64,000 nucleotides of DNA from Chrysomallon squamiferum (taxonomy: Eukaryota; Animalia; Mollusca): NCBI GenBank assembly GCA_012295275.1, contig CM022671.1, positions 12,648,001 to 12,712,000 on the forward strand. Direction: 5' to 3'. Within the stretch, counting starts at the first letter, position 1; every line of letters begins with the position of its first letter. The notes under the pieces were generated by a model that saw only the letters and a list, made by a program, of their open reading frames with translations, was not told where the DNA came from and ran no database searches. Below are positions 29,711-43,448 of the stretch, one piece after another. Both the position numbers and the translations under genes were made by a program.

Positions 29711-29966
29711 AATTCAGATTGCGTAACCAAATTTGTTGCTTCAATCAGATCCGCTCCTTTTATGTTTAAGTGATGAAGTCAGATTGCGTAACTTTAATTG
29801 TTACTTCAAATCACATCCGCTTTTTTATTGGTAAGAGATGGAACTGAAACTGCAAATCTTTAATTTTTACTTCAAATCACATTCGCTCTTTTATTTTTAA
29901 GCGAACGAATTCAAATTGCGTAACTTTAATTGTTACTTTAAATCACATCCGCTCTTTTTATTGTTT
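29711..29966. repeat. ~65-67-bp tandem repeat, 4 copies
   Basis: Unit aattcagattgcgtaactttaattgttacttcaaatcacatccgctcttttat...; ATTGCGTAA at 29718, 29783 and 29915. Confidence 0.88.
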
Positions 29967-32900
29967 CCGCTAATTTTTCCACTCCATGGCGTTGCTATAA
30001 AAAGGCTGACATTTGGTAATTAAGGAAACGGTCAATACGAGAGTTCAGTTAGGCGGGGAAACCAATGTTTTTGAATTACATTGTCTTTACTGTGGTAAGC
30101 AATTGTCTATTCTTATTTTGAAACGTATGTTTTATGATTGTATAATGTATTATTATCAAGTCACCTGCATGTCATAATTAAATAATTAAGTGAACCTTAA
30201 CTTGCGTTGTGTTTGTTTCTCTTGTGGATAGATAAGATAAGACATTGAATTATATAGACTGCTGTCACTTTTGTCAGTGTCAATTTAGCGTTTATATTCC
30301 TTGTTAGGTGGCCATTAAAGCACCTTGTTACCCTAGACTGAGCATAGAAGGTGTTTAAAGTAAAGGTGTGAGCCCCGTGACACTGAACGAATATCGAGAA
30401 AAAGACTCGACCTCACTTGTCACAGGCATTATACTCCTCACTGAGCCGTTTTAGTCAACTGATTGATGAAATTGTAATGAAATTTTCAGTTCCTCCTTCA
30501 CGACCGAGCAATAAAATTCTAGTTTAAAAAATATATATACAGAGAAAGTGGTGCTTATATTTTATCTGCATATTTCTTTCTCTGTTTCTTTTTTATTTTA
30601 TTTTATTTTAATTATTTTTCATTTTTCTTTTTAGGTTTTTAGGTTTTTAATTAGCGGTTATTTAGTTCATACCTACAGAAAAAAAAAAATGAAGGAAGGA
30701 AGGAATAAAAAAGAAAAGCAAACAATAATGTTTAAATTAAGTAGAAAATAAAGACTGTTTTATAATGATGAAAAAGACATCAACTGCAAACTGTGCCTCT
30801 CTTTGTTGCTGTGATTTCCAGCTTCTTATTTGTTTGTGATATCTTTGTTCATGATGATTTAATAACATAAATTATTAATGTTAAGAAATAAACCCTGCTC
30901 GAAATGTAAATATTAGTTTATGAAATAATTATATGTAAAGAGGAAATATCCTAACACAAAAAAAGTTATAGAATAATACTGATCAGTAGCAGCAATAGTA
31001 ATTATAAATAGCAGTAGTGATTAATTGTAACAGCAGCAGCGGAAGCAGCAGTAGTAGTAATAGTTACATTTATTCAAAATTATACGTGATCAAACAAATA
31101 TACTGATGCTGATGATAATGATGATGATAGTAATGTCAAACAACAGAAACTGAAATGTGTCACTATATGTTTACTATAATGCCAATGTACACGTACGCAT
31201 TTATGGAGTTCAGAGACAACATAAAGTCATGGCTTCAGTTTACCTGTCTATCGATTATACACAGCTGTACTTCACATTAAGTTCTTCTAACACGTCAACA
31301 CGGTTCATTTTTATCAATGCAGTATGACTAAAATATGATTCCTTTTGCTTAATTTCAGTCTTCGTTGAAATACAAATTTTTTATATTAATAAAATCTGTA
31401 GAATTAATGTTGTAATAAAAAATAATTGAAATAGTTAGTAGTAGTAGTAGTAGTATAAGTAATAGAAGTATTATTTCTGGTATCTGTATTTTAATATTAT
31501 AAGGAGAAGGCAGAAGCAGTAGCGGTAGTAGTAGTTGCAGCAGCAGTTGTAGTAGTAGTAGTACTAGTAGTATTGGGAGTGGCAGCATTTGCAGTAATTA
31601 GTATAGTTAGAAGTAGAAGTAGCAGTAACAGAACAGGAATAAACCTTAAAAGTGGCAATGAAAAAAATAATCCTACGGTTATTATGATGCCAATTTTACA
31701 GTTACCACGTTTCCGACTCTCTGACTGAAGTACAAATAGAAGAAAACTATTAGCAACATATACAAAAAGTATCACAGAATATTAGGAACTCGCTGCAGTT
31801 TCAGTGACATTACCAGATTTCGTGGACAAACACAGGCGTGTGTGGCGTGCACAGCTATGGGTATGTAATTTGTATGTTCGTGTATTTATAATTTCAGATG
31901 TACATATAAAAAACGTTAATATTTAGCAAGCCACATATCTGTCTGTCGTGTTTTGGCAATACCTTATGGAAAGTAATTAATACCTATATATTATATCTTC
32001 CGCTATCTTCCAAAGAATGCATTAAATCATGACGGAATGGTCAGTATAATATCTAAAAACAAAATTCCATATATTATGACCTTTCACTGTCAGCAAATAG
32101 TACACCTTTTTTGGTGTTTACATTCTGGATGTCATTCGACATTTATTTATTCATCTTTTTAATGTTATTACTGGAAACGTTTTAAAAATAATTTGTCTAA
32201 ATATATTCTTCTAATACTTTCGTGTTCAGGACTAAATCTTGTTAATCTACTTCAGTTTTAGCATATGTTGGACAATATTTAAAAATGTTTATTAGTAATA
32301 ATTATGAATTTATTTGTATAAATTATATGTAAGGTAATGTTAGTAATTACTTAAAAAGCAACCCACTTAAACAGATCTATATAAAGATATTTTTTTGGCT
32401 TTTTTATTTATTTCATTTCTTTAAATTTTATTTTGTTTCTTCACCTTATGTTTTTATAAAATTTGTAACCTATTCCTTCATCTATCATATTTATCTCTTT
32501 TTTCAGTAACTCTAATTTATTTTCTGATTTTAATGTTTCCTGTATATCTTTTATATCTATCCTGAAACCATTAACACATACAGTATTTTTCAAAATGTTC
32601 ACTACATTATAAATGTATCAATCAAAATTATTTTTAACGATTTTATAGTGTTCATCAGAGTTCTGTTAAATTATTCTTAATGTAAGTGCTCGTAAAGTCA
32701 TTATAATTATAATTAAGTGCATATGCAAAGAAAGTGACAATACATAATCAAGCTCTTTCCCATTTTATCCTGCTCGATCTTAGCAAGATAAATCTGATAT
32801 CTTAAGACAGTAACCAGTTATTTCATTTATCTTGCAATCCTAGACAATACCAAGACCAAATGAAATGAACTTGTTTTTTCTCTCACCACTCTCGAAAATA

Positions 32901-34466
32901 GTAGATTCACAAATACTATACATCAAAACAAAATAGTTTTTAAATAACAACAATTTTTTGTTGTTTTTTCAAAAAATATAAACATTTATATATATATCAT
33001 TTGAGAAAATAAGGTGAAGCAGAGAACAATATAGTGTTGGGTATTTTTGTGTGATATTTGTTGTAATTACTACTTTTATTTATTTATTTTATTTTGTTAG
33101 TGTTTTCTTTTTGTTTTGTTGTGGTAGGTTTAATTATTTCTTCTTTTTTCGTTTCTTTTTTCTTTTTTGGGTGTTTTACTGATGGTATTTATTATTATTT
33201 TTTTTAATTCGGGTTTTTTTTTGTGCGGTTTTTTGTTTTTTATTGAAGGTTTTTTTTTCTATTTAGTTTATTTGTTCTTATTGTTTATTTATTGTTCAGT
33301 TTGCTTCTTTCGATGAAATTACTTCTGGTTTTTTCCTGACGTATTTAATTTAGTATTTTAACTAGGCTAAAATGATTAATTTCAAAAACCGTTCAAATTA
33401 ATCAAATTAATTGTTCTGGATTAAAGACATTAAGAACTATTTTTGTCACATTTTGAAATGAAAAATTAAAATTTGCGAAAAAAATGAAATATAATTCTGT
33501 TAGATTCGGTGTTCATTAAGTTTTGAAAATAAAAGTTTGCCATAAGCAATAAATATGTTTTAATTTATTAAATCAGGAAACTGAAGTTGAGATATATATT
33601 TTGTAACTTAATTATCAGCTACGCTGAATGAAGTCAAACATTTCTCTTTTTATAAATAAAAATAATAAATTTCATATAGAAATGATTTATTCTACATTGA
33701 CGTCATGCTTCATTTATTTCTATTATTTTTTCCTCTAAAAAAGAATTAAACGAATAAATAAATTCTACCAAAACCTATTTGCAAAATAGATAATGCAAAA
33801 TTACCTGCATCAAATTGACGTTATTTGCAGAAAATATATGGGGTTTTTCCTAAAACATTTCAAGATGCTGACGGAAATTCGAACGCTTGTCTGAATATGT
33901 CTTGACCATGAAACTTGGATAGATTTGTAGAATTATTGATTAGACGTTGGGTAAAGGTTTTTTTAGCCGAGACAAGTTTTTCTCGTCATCAAATTAACGT
34001 TACTGCCTGACGTTTTCTCGGCGCAATGCAAAAATATCGCGGTTAGTCATGCGGTTATATTTTAAGAAAACCTGTATTGTTTTGTTAAATCCAGCATGTC
34101 TGCATATAATTTCTTTTAAATTATTTTGTTTTCAAATATGTATATTAGGGTTTTTTTATTTAACGTTAATCAGAAAAAGCGATGAAATGTTCTACATGTG
34201 CCAGAATTTCTCTAAATCCTATTCCTGACAATACTCGGAAAAAGATTATTCGCAATTTCAGTAAATATAATTACTTTAAAAAATAAAAATGATTGCATAC
34301 AGATTACACTATAGTGGAAATAGTAATCAGAACTTATTTAGTATTCCTCATTATTGTTTTTCAGCTTCTTCCTTTAGTGTGTGCGTGTATGTGTTTGATC
34401 TGGCTTAAAGACATTAAGAACTGTCTTTGTCCCATTTTCAGTTTGATGTATGTGAGAATGTGAATT

Positions 34467-34505
<39 letters not shown>

Positions 34506-35399
34506 TTGGCTTTTTATTCAATTTATATTTTATATTGTACTTCTTACTACTATTCTTTTTTTTTCTACTTTTTCATATGTGTGTATGTGTTGTTTTTATT
34601 ATTATCTTTCCTTTGATCACATATGTATTTACTCCTTGCCTACAAAACTTCCAAATACAAAACCGTTACCTAACACCTCTACCACCTCGATTTAGAGTAA
34701 ATAAAATTTATCTGTTATTTAATTTATGTCATTTTCAAACTCGTCACTGAATATTTTGGTAAGAGACTTTCATTGCACTGTATCGATCTGTAGATCTCTG
34801 CAGACGTCCCTGTTTCTAAGAGACGAGCTTAAGGCTGTTTGGCGATATCCAAGCAATCTGTAGGTAGCGATTTAGATATTAGTTTCCCGAAGAATGGCGT
34901 TATGAAGCAGTGTCAGTGTTAAAGTTCACTTTATTAATTTGATTCAGGATATTATTCCGTTATGTTTGTAGAGCTTTCATAAAAGCATGGTTGATATTTG
35001 CTGGAGGTCTAATTTTATCATATTTTGTACTGAGTGCAATTAATTATCTTCCTTCATAGTTTCTTATGAAGTATTTTGTGACGATGTCGGGATCTGATGT
35101 TTGTGATTAGATGACGGACAAAAATCATCTAAAACGGATCTAAGCAACAAGCCTAAAGAATCAGTAACCAAACTATCGCCTGACAGGTATAGGATTTTAC
35201 TCAAAATGCTGATTACTGTCCAGGGCTACCGGATAAGATTAAAATAACTTTAGGATCTCTTCTTATTAACTATTTCATAATGAACTAATGCTAATATTGT
35301 ATTAATTTAATACGTTGTTCTGTCTTTGCTTAAGGCTATATCGGCATATGCAGTAAAAAAAAAAAAAAAAAAAGAATCGGCAGCGAAAACTGCAATATA

Positions 35400-35750
35400 T
35401 GGAATATTTCGAAGTACACACCAACAGCAGGAAACAACTTCCATGAGTTAAATCATTCCGAATAGAATCTTATAATGTCAGTGGGGAGAAAATCAAAGGA
35501 AGAAATCTATCACTGCATTCAAATAGTACGTATTTAGTGCTTCTGAAAGTGTATCCTGCAAATAATACTAGTACGGCCAGTGTTTCTGATTTATATAAAA
35601 TGAAAAACTTCCTGGCAATCATCAGCTTTATCAAAGTCTCAACAGGCACTCCTGGAAGCATATGTAAGCCATTAATTTTAATCACCCACTTTAAATTTTT
35701 GCCATATGCATTAAACGTCCATGCTATATTATGTTATGTTTAATTGTTCC
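35400..35750 (-). mobile_element. Possible highly decayed LINE reverse-transcriptase relic
   Basis: Minus-strand translation ...GVPVETLIKLMIARKFFILYKSET...LIFSPLTL loosely resembles the non-LTR RT segment G(I/V)P..LI.LI..LY...LSP.LF. No YADD seen. Confidence 0.25.
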
Positions 35751-37240
35751 TGTATTGATTTCAGTCAGTATAACAATATCAATTGTTCTTCCACTTTAAA
35801 ATAGTTTATCAAAATAAACTGGCTGTAGGCAAAATGGGTTGCATACGAAATCGATCATAGGCAATGGGTTATATATATATATACTCGACTAAGTGAGTTC
35901 TGTGCATATGGGATGTAGGCGAAGATGGAATATCCAAACTGGACTGTTGTCTAAGTCACAGTACTGACATAAATGTTACTGATGACTGGAAAAGATTACT
36001 GAACGTATCAGTTGCAGCAAAACTGGTTGTAGACAAATTAGACTGTTGCCAGATTGAAACCTTGCTTTGTGTGCCCAAGACAGATATTAACTTCATAAAA
36101 AATAGTCTTATATCTACAAATAAAATGTTTTCAACCAAACCTCAATATGTTATAATTATGGACATGCGTTTGCATCATCAGCATATCGGGGAGGATACCC
36201 ACATCACATAAACGCTATACATAATAATGTAGTGGTGCGCAATTCAATTTAAAATTTAGCTTCATTTTAAAAATTCCTAAAAATACTGAGCTTGTTCTAA
36301 ATTTTTAAGTTTTCTTTTCAATTTTTCCCTTTCTATTTCATGTGAATCTTAGTAATAAATATGCACTTTTATTCCTATGCAACTGGGACAAATACAAGGT
36401 AAGATCTAGATGATTACCAGCGTTAAAATCAGGAGCAAAAGTAATAAAAGAAACATTTAGTTTCGCCATCTGAATTTTAGTGGCCTTTTGTGAAGTACCT
36501 TCTTTACGTCGTTTTTCAGATCAAATTGTTACATCAAGGATGACCGTTTTCACCTTTGAAAAATCGTGTAAAAAAAAAGCAAAATCGACCAGAGAGAGAG
36601 AGATTATTTTCTATTTTATTATCACCATTAATTTATGTTAGTGTTATTCACCTTTCCTAATGTAATATACACTTTTACATAACTGTTATTATCATCATTT
36701 ATCATAATTATCTCATCATCAGTATCATAATCATTAGCATTAGCGTTATTATCATTATTATTGTTATTGTCATAATCAACATCACCTTGATCATTATCAT
36801 CATATTATTTTTTTTTTCATATTATTATTATTATTATTATCACCATTTTCTTGAGGAAATTGGACCTTTGGCATCAGACACTAACTAGGATATAAACTTC
36901 CCGTTTATACATGATAAAAGGGAATTTTTTAAACTCCCACGAGTTTTGTTTTTAAAATGGTCTTAACACGTCAGAGATGTTGTTATTCTTCTTGTGTGTA
37001 ATTACGGGTGTTCCGTACTAATGGACGAATTAAACATCAAAATATCACTGCACACGTGCACTTGGGAATTTTGATAAGATAGAGACGTAACGCCTTTAAA
37101 ATAGTCTAGTCTTTGTAAATATATAAGTATAGTGAACAAATAAATTTGAACTAAGATAAACCGTTTCTTACTACTATTATTTCAGATTTTTTTAATTTTT
37201 AATTTAATTTTTAATTATTTTTTTATGAGCTACTTCGGGT

Positions 37241-37272
<32 letters not shown>

Positions 37273-38266
37273 TATTTTTTAATACTTTACTATCAAAAAC
37301 TGCAGTTGTTCTCAAAATAAACAAATATATTAGAAGTAGTAATATTAAAAGTGGTAGTAGTAACAGTTGTAATAGTGTAGTAGTAATATCTATGTATGAC
37401 ATGTAGAACTATTTGTCGATGAGCTATTGAAGCATAAATATTATTTGTTACCCACAACTCAGTATACAACCTAGATAACCTAATAAATACATCCAAATGT
37501 CAGTTACTCGTCTTAAGGATCGTTGTAATCATCATGGTCCAAGTGTTTGATTGCTGAATTATCAACACTAATATGAATTACATTTCACAGCCAGAGAGTC
37601 ATAGAGCTTCTAACGATACTTCGACAGAAAACTCCGTATAGGTAGCCCAGCATTCTGTCGAGACGAAAAAGAAATGATGGCCAGTAAACGAAGTCTCAGT
37701 GGCTCTATACTTCATCATTATTTTTGAGACTGATTCCAAGATTATCTGACAGTTATATCTGAATTATTACAGCTTGTTTCCTTGTAAGGTTAAACAAGTT
37801 TCGAGGTCAAGAATTTTCTTTAAAATTCAATGGGGTCTGGAAAATATTAATAAAGTTCATGAAACAGCTTTAAAAATTTGCAAAATAAATACAAATAAAA
37901 GAATGCATTTTGAAAAAACAATCTTTTCTTATTCTACTCTATTTTTTTCTTCTTTTTGTATAATTATTATTTCTCATACATAATAAAAAATTGAAACCAA
38001 GCCTTACTGTCTAATTTTTATTCATATTCCTATCTTTCAATAAAAATATATTCACAATAACGTTATACATTAACTAACAATATGAATGCTGTATCTGCTT
38101 GCTTTCCTTTGACGAGTATATAGTAATTCGTTACCGGTGTGTACATAACAAACATCATTTAACATGATGATACACGGTGTTTTGTTGTGAGGCGGATACC
38201 TTCCTTCCTCTCAGATTCTGTTTCATATATAAACTTTCAGTATACTTCGTTTTTTATTTTAACATC

Positions 38267-38315
38267 ATGGCGACTATTTCATGGTTTTGTCTTCTCATAA
38301 CATTCTTACCTACAG
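38267..38315 (+). CDS. Chitin-binding gene exon 1 (signal peptide MATISWFCLLITFLPT)
   Basis: ATG in catcATGG context; donor ACAG|gtttga; phase 1 matches exon 2 and completes a signal peptide ending VLA. Confidence 0.75.
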
Positions 38316-38406
38316 GTTTGAATATAAATGTTTTATTTATTTATTTAGTTAGTTTAATGTCATATGTTGTTATATTTTTAATATTATAAAATACAAATAG
38401 AATTGA

Positions 38407-38489
<83 letters not shown>

Positions 38490-39112
38490 CTTATCTTATG
38501 GCAATGACATCTTTAAAAAAGGTGTCGATCCATCAATAGTATTTTAAACCAGGTTGTAAAGAAATCCAAAATAAATAAAGAAAGAAAGAAAAAAAAAAAA
38601 TAAGAAAAAAAAGTGGTGTAATTTCGATGACTCGTTCTTCTTAGAATTATTTTACTAGTCACATCTAGGTTAGTATAATCTCGAGCTATGACTGTTGGCT
38701 CAGAAAGCTGGCCTGATTTGAACATTTTATATTTTTGTTTCCTTAGAATTTGTTTTAAATTGTAATATTATTATTCCATAGCTGTTTCTTTTTTGTATGT
38801 TTTTCAGGTTATGTTGCTGATTTTTTTTTGGGGGGGGTAGTGTTTCTTTTTTTTTTTTTTTTTTTTTTTTTTTTGGGGTGGTATTTATCGTCATCCTTTC
38901 TTATTTTATTTGTTTATTATTATTATTATTTTTTTTTGTTGTTGTTGTTGTTATCTTTTTATTATTATTATTATTAAAACTTTCGAGAAATTTATGTAAA
39001 CTGGGATAATATTTATTTTAATTAAAAATATTATATTTAAGATATGTTTAATTTCAGTATCATGAATTAAGTAACGTGGCTAATTCAAGGATAGTTACTA
39101 GCCCAAGACTGT

Positions 39113-39165
<53 letters not shown>

Positions 39166-42100
39166 GTGTGTGTGTGTGTGTGTTTGTCTGTCTGTTTTGT
39201 TCCTTTACCTTTTCTGACTCTCACTTTATAATATCCTTATTATTCTTCATATTTATTCTTTTTTCCTTCAAAAGTGCTCGCTGTATCATGTATTCACAAG
39301 CCCGACGGTATCTATGAGCATGGTTGCCGTGCTTGGACAACGTGTACAAATGGTGTTGAAAATATTACTGAATGTGAGCCGGAACTGGTGTTTGATTCAG
39401 CAACTAAACAGTGTCAAATGTAAGTCATTTCATTTCAACAGATACTTATTCTAACGAGCTAAAGTAATAAAAGGGTGCGAGTTATAGATTCAGCTATATC
39501 GTCTATAGCATACTTTGTATCAAACTACAAAAAGGATTATGCAGAATTAAACATACAGAATCAAATTAATACTACGAACACTGTTCACATATATGGGCTG
39601 GATTCATAATTATAGTCAGTTATACTTACGTCAAAGATTATTCACTATTAATTATCTTCCCACTAGCAAAATATTTAGAATAGTAGATTTTATTTTAAGT
39701 TGAAAGGCACAGAGTTCAAACAGAGCGAGGCAATTTACTATTTTCATTCATTTTCCAACCCTTACAGAAATATCTATTATTACATATTTAATTGTTTAGA
39801 TCATCATGATAAACAAATTTAATACCAGTCGTTTTTGTTAGAACAGTTTAGTGTATGCTTTAATTTGATGCCTAAATTGTAAAAATAATGAAATATAATT
39901 CGTTATTACATTCCGCATTAAACTATATATCCTAAAAGTCAGAAAACTCTCATATAATTTAGGGAGTTCGCTAAACCCAGATGACGTTACGCGAATTCCT
40001 TTGTTTTACCGATAACAGCTCATCAGTTTCAATTCAAATTGTACATACAGAGCTTTAATATTATTTACAGGAATTAACAAAATAGTCATTAAATGTCATT
40101 TAAATATATTACTGTAATTGTGTTATGTTACTAATATTGTGTTTTCTGCATTACGTGATCATAGTGAAAACAACGTCAGAGTTATTTTTAACCTGTAATC
40201 GCTCGAAGAAAGAAGAAAAAACTAAATTTTCCTGGAATAAAATGTAATTAAATTAATATTTTTATTATGTAAATAAATATCTTCTAAACAAGTATATATT
40301 AGTTCTAGATAAAATAGGGCTGAAGTATTACTTGCAAAGTTCTTGAACCCATATAACGAACATACCGCGATCAAATATTAAAATAACGGATTTTTCGTCT
40401 ACAGTAGTGAAAATAGCTTGTATAATTCAGAAGACGATTAATTGCCATTATGTAATCACTAACGGTTTATAGATGCAAAACTTAATTTTGTTTAATGCTA
40501 TTTATTTTATGTATGAATAATATTTTGATATTTAATAAAATTTTAGCGTAATTTATGAAAATATTAAATCCTTTCAATGCTCCGCTGCTCTCTTTCCAAA
40601 TGTCGTGCAAATGTATTCCATATTTGTTAGGGGTGTTGGGTTGTTAGTTGCATTGAACTTGTATGGGCTAGAAACAATTCATTCGTTTAGGTTTTACATT
40701 ATTACACTTTTTATTATTAAAATTAAATATAATATTTAGTATACTTTATACTCTATACAATATATAATTATTTATCTGTATCAAGTGGGGATCAGCTATA
40801 TATAAATTTGTTTTCAAATGTTACGGCAGCAATACATTATTTTCACTTTCTGTGCTGAGAGATGGGTGCATGCGTGTCTATATTATATGCACATAAGGTC
40901 TAGGTCATTATACTGGATAATAAAATGTTGATGGTTGACTTTCATAGGTGTCTGTTTTAATATTGCAAAAATTGTTGAAACTTGGGACGTAAATGTACAA
41001 GAACAGCAAACATTTTGTTATTTCTGGTAAATACTGGCTCACTTTTTCTAAAACAAAATCGGGCATTTTAGCATTTTTTAATTTGACGTAGCTCATAAAC
41101 TACTTATCCCATTTAAAAAATGGTAAATAAAAACCAGTAATTCTGAAATTTTGAGTGACCTCCCTAATATAATCTATATTGTCGTAAACAATTCTTCAGT
41201 CCCACTTATATGATATTACAATTATTAATATTCAGAGACTTTAAAACCTAGTAAACTATTGTGGTTTCTTCCAGTCCTAGCCTAGTACCGCCTCCCTGTG
41301 GAGTTCTCAAAGACTGTACTAATCTCAAGGATGGAAAGTACGCAGACACGGATCAGAACTGCCTCACATACTACACGTGTTCTGGCGGGACGTTCTTTGG
41401 ACACAACTTCTGCCCAGGAGGTAAAGTTGTTGACTCTTTCCAGATCCTTTTTTATTACCTTCGAGTTCTTCCTTTATTAACTTCTCTGCAGTAAATAAAT
41501 ATAAATATTCAAGTTCTTAATTTATTGTTGCATATCTATTTCGTGTTTATAATTATAATTACAATCCTTTTGGTTATAATCTCTTTTCAAAAAAACTCTA
41601 GTAAAGACAGAGTTTGCATTCAAAGCAAAAATGCTTAAAATTTTCTGACGACAACATGCTCCAGCTCACATTTACTATATATGCTATCCTTTTAATATGA
41701 TTCATCCATTTAATTTAATAACAGTTTATTTGTTATTACTTATATTTTCGGTAGACGTGAACTTAATTATCTGAATTACGTGTACGTAATGAAATTGTTA
41801 TTTACCTAGATAATTATAAATTAATAACGATAATCAACAAACTATTTGAATTATTAAGTAAATATATTAATGACTGGAATAGACAGTATATTTTTCTTGA
41901 ATGTAACCTTAATTTAAAGCGTTGTCTAAATTATCTTGTTTTCTACATAAGTTCCATAAAGATTTTAATTAAATTAGATTACGTAGTTTATTCACTGATT
42001 TAATACATTTATTCAGTAACATCATTGTTACAGTTACTCATTGTAATATATTTATTTTATTAATTGACCTCATGTGTTTATTTTATACATATGTATGTAT

Positions 42101-42275
42101 TGTTCATTCATCAAAATAATCATTATGCAATTTTTGCATGGAAATAATTATGTGCATTCAGTAAAATTGATTTATTTGATTTCCAGCCACTGTGTTTAAC
42201 GAAGTTCTTCAATCGTGTGACTGGCCTCAAGACACACCCCCTCCCTGTGGAACTCTAAATATGTCAACACCGTAA
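38267..42275 (+). CDS. Secreted protein with two chitin-binding type-2 (peritrophin-A/CBM14) domains, 142 aa, 4 coding exons
   Basis: Exons 38267-38315, 39275-39419, 41275-41420, 42187-42275 (49+145+146+89=429 nt; GT-AG; phases 1,2,1). Protein: MATISWFCLLITFLPTVLA-VSCIHKPDGIYEHGCRAWTTCTNGVENITECEPELVFDSATKQCQIPSLVPPPCGVLKDCTNLKDGKYADTDQNCLTYYTCSGGTFFGHNFCPGATVFNEVLQSCDWPQDTPPPCGTLNMSTP*. Hydrophobic signal peptide; two 6-Cys units with the C..DG.Y..C...C...C..VF[DN]...C..P....C pattern. AATAAA at 42290-42295. Confidence 0.9.
38411..38485. repeat. (CT)n microsatellite in intron 1 of the chitin-binding gene
   Basis: Direct reading. Confidence 0.97.
39110..39183. repeat. (GT)n microsatellite about 90 nt upstream of the exon-2 acceptor of the chitin-binding gene
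   Basis: Direct reading. Confidence 0.96.
39275..39419 (+). CDS. Chitin-binding gene exon 2 (most of first ChtBD2 domain)
   Basis: Pyrimidine tract + aaag| acceptor, donor |gtaagt; encodes LAVSCIHKPDGIYEHGC...VFDSATKQCQ. Confidence 0.9.
41275..41420 (+). CDS. Chitin-binding gene exon 3
   Basis: ttccag| acceptor, GAG|gtaaag donor; encodes PSLVPPPCGVLKDC...HNFCPG. Confidence 0.92.
42187..42275 (+). CDS. Chitin-binding gene exon 4 (terminal)
   Basis: ttccag| acceptor; encodes TVFNEVLQSCDWPQDTPPPCGTLNMSTP*, TAA 42273-42275. Confidence 0.9.
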
Positions 42276-43448
42276 AAATATTTTTCTTAAATAAAAAAAA
42301 GTGTTAAAAAGTTCAGTCATGTCTTGTTATTGCTCGAACTCTTGCTGTGTGCCTCTGGCTCTTCCTTGGTTGTTTCATTCATGAATTTAAATAATTTAGG
42401 TTAATTAATAACTTAATCAATCAAAATTAATTGGTCACGATCTAGTCAACATATTACAATATACATTAGAAATTTGTAAATTGTGTAATTAAATTTGTAT
42501 TTTATTTTATTTTTTATTTTTGGCGGGGTGGGGGAGGTTGTTTTTTTCTTTTGTGGGAGGCGGGTGGAATAAAGGAAAAAATTAACCGTAAGAATTGGTT
42601 ACTACAGTGCTTGATCCAAGCAGTTTTGTGGTAAAATATAAAATAAACATAGATTCCCAACTAAAATTAAGGGAAGAAAAAGGATTCAGGAATATATTTA
42701 TTATTATTTTATAGTAGTCACAAGACATGGTGCTACACTTTTCAGCTAGCAGCAAGGAAGCTTTTGTAAGCCTTTGTAAGCCTTTCAGAAACTGTGGTGA
42801 AAAGGGAAACAACACGGAGAATGATGCTACCTATCTACACTCAGAATGAATTCAGCGTTCATTATTAATGCAAAATTAATATACAACAGTTGTTGAAAAT
42901 ATATCATTTATTTAATAATAAAACATTTTGAAATAAATAAATATATATAAAAAGAATGTGAATAAATATGATGTATATACATGAATAAAGTATAAAATAG
43001 TATCAAAATTAATTCGAATATCTCATGAGTAGCCAAATCCATGTCTGACATTGAACGAGTGATATATTACGACAGCTAACGTAAGTATATCCATTTCTTC
43101 TTTCAACACTATTGTTTTACTTAATATATTTCTGACCCTGAGAAAACATTAGTCATTTATCTTCCAAGTATTTTCAACTTTTAAATAAACCATAAATATA
43201 ATATATTTAGAAGAAAACAAAGTTAATATATTTTCTTATTGTTATTTATAAAACAGTTCGTTTTATTTTTTATCATGCTAAATGAAAATTGACCTTAATA
43301 TTAGTAAAAATCTAATTATTGTTATTTTTCGATTATTAAAAATATTGATGATGTAAAAGTGGATGTTTAACATCTTGTTATAAGCATAATGGAAGTGAAG
43401 AAAGAAATTATTTATAAATATGATTAATGTCAGGATTTCCTAGTCTTA

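Noticed and set aside
42523-42568. G-rich tract between the convergent genes (possible G-quadruplex)
   Set aside because: Irregular G-runs embedded in T-tracts, like other simple-sequence patches in this window.
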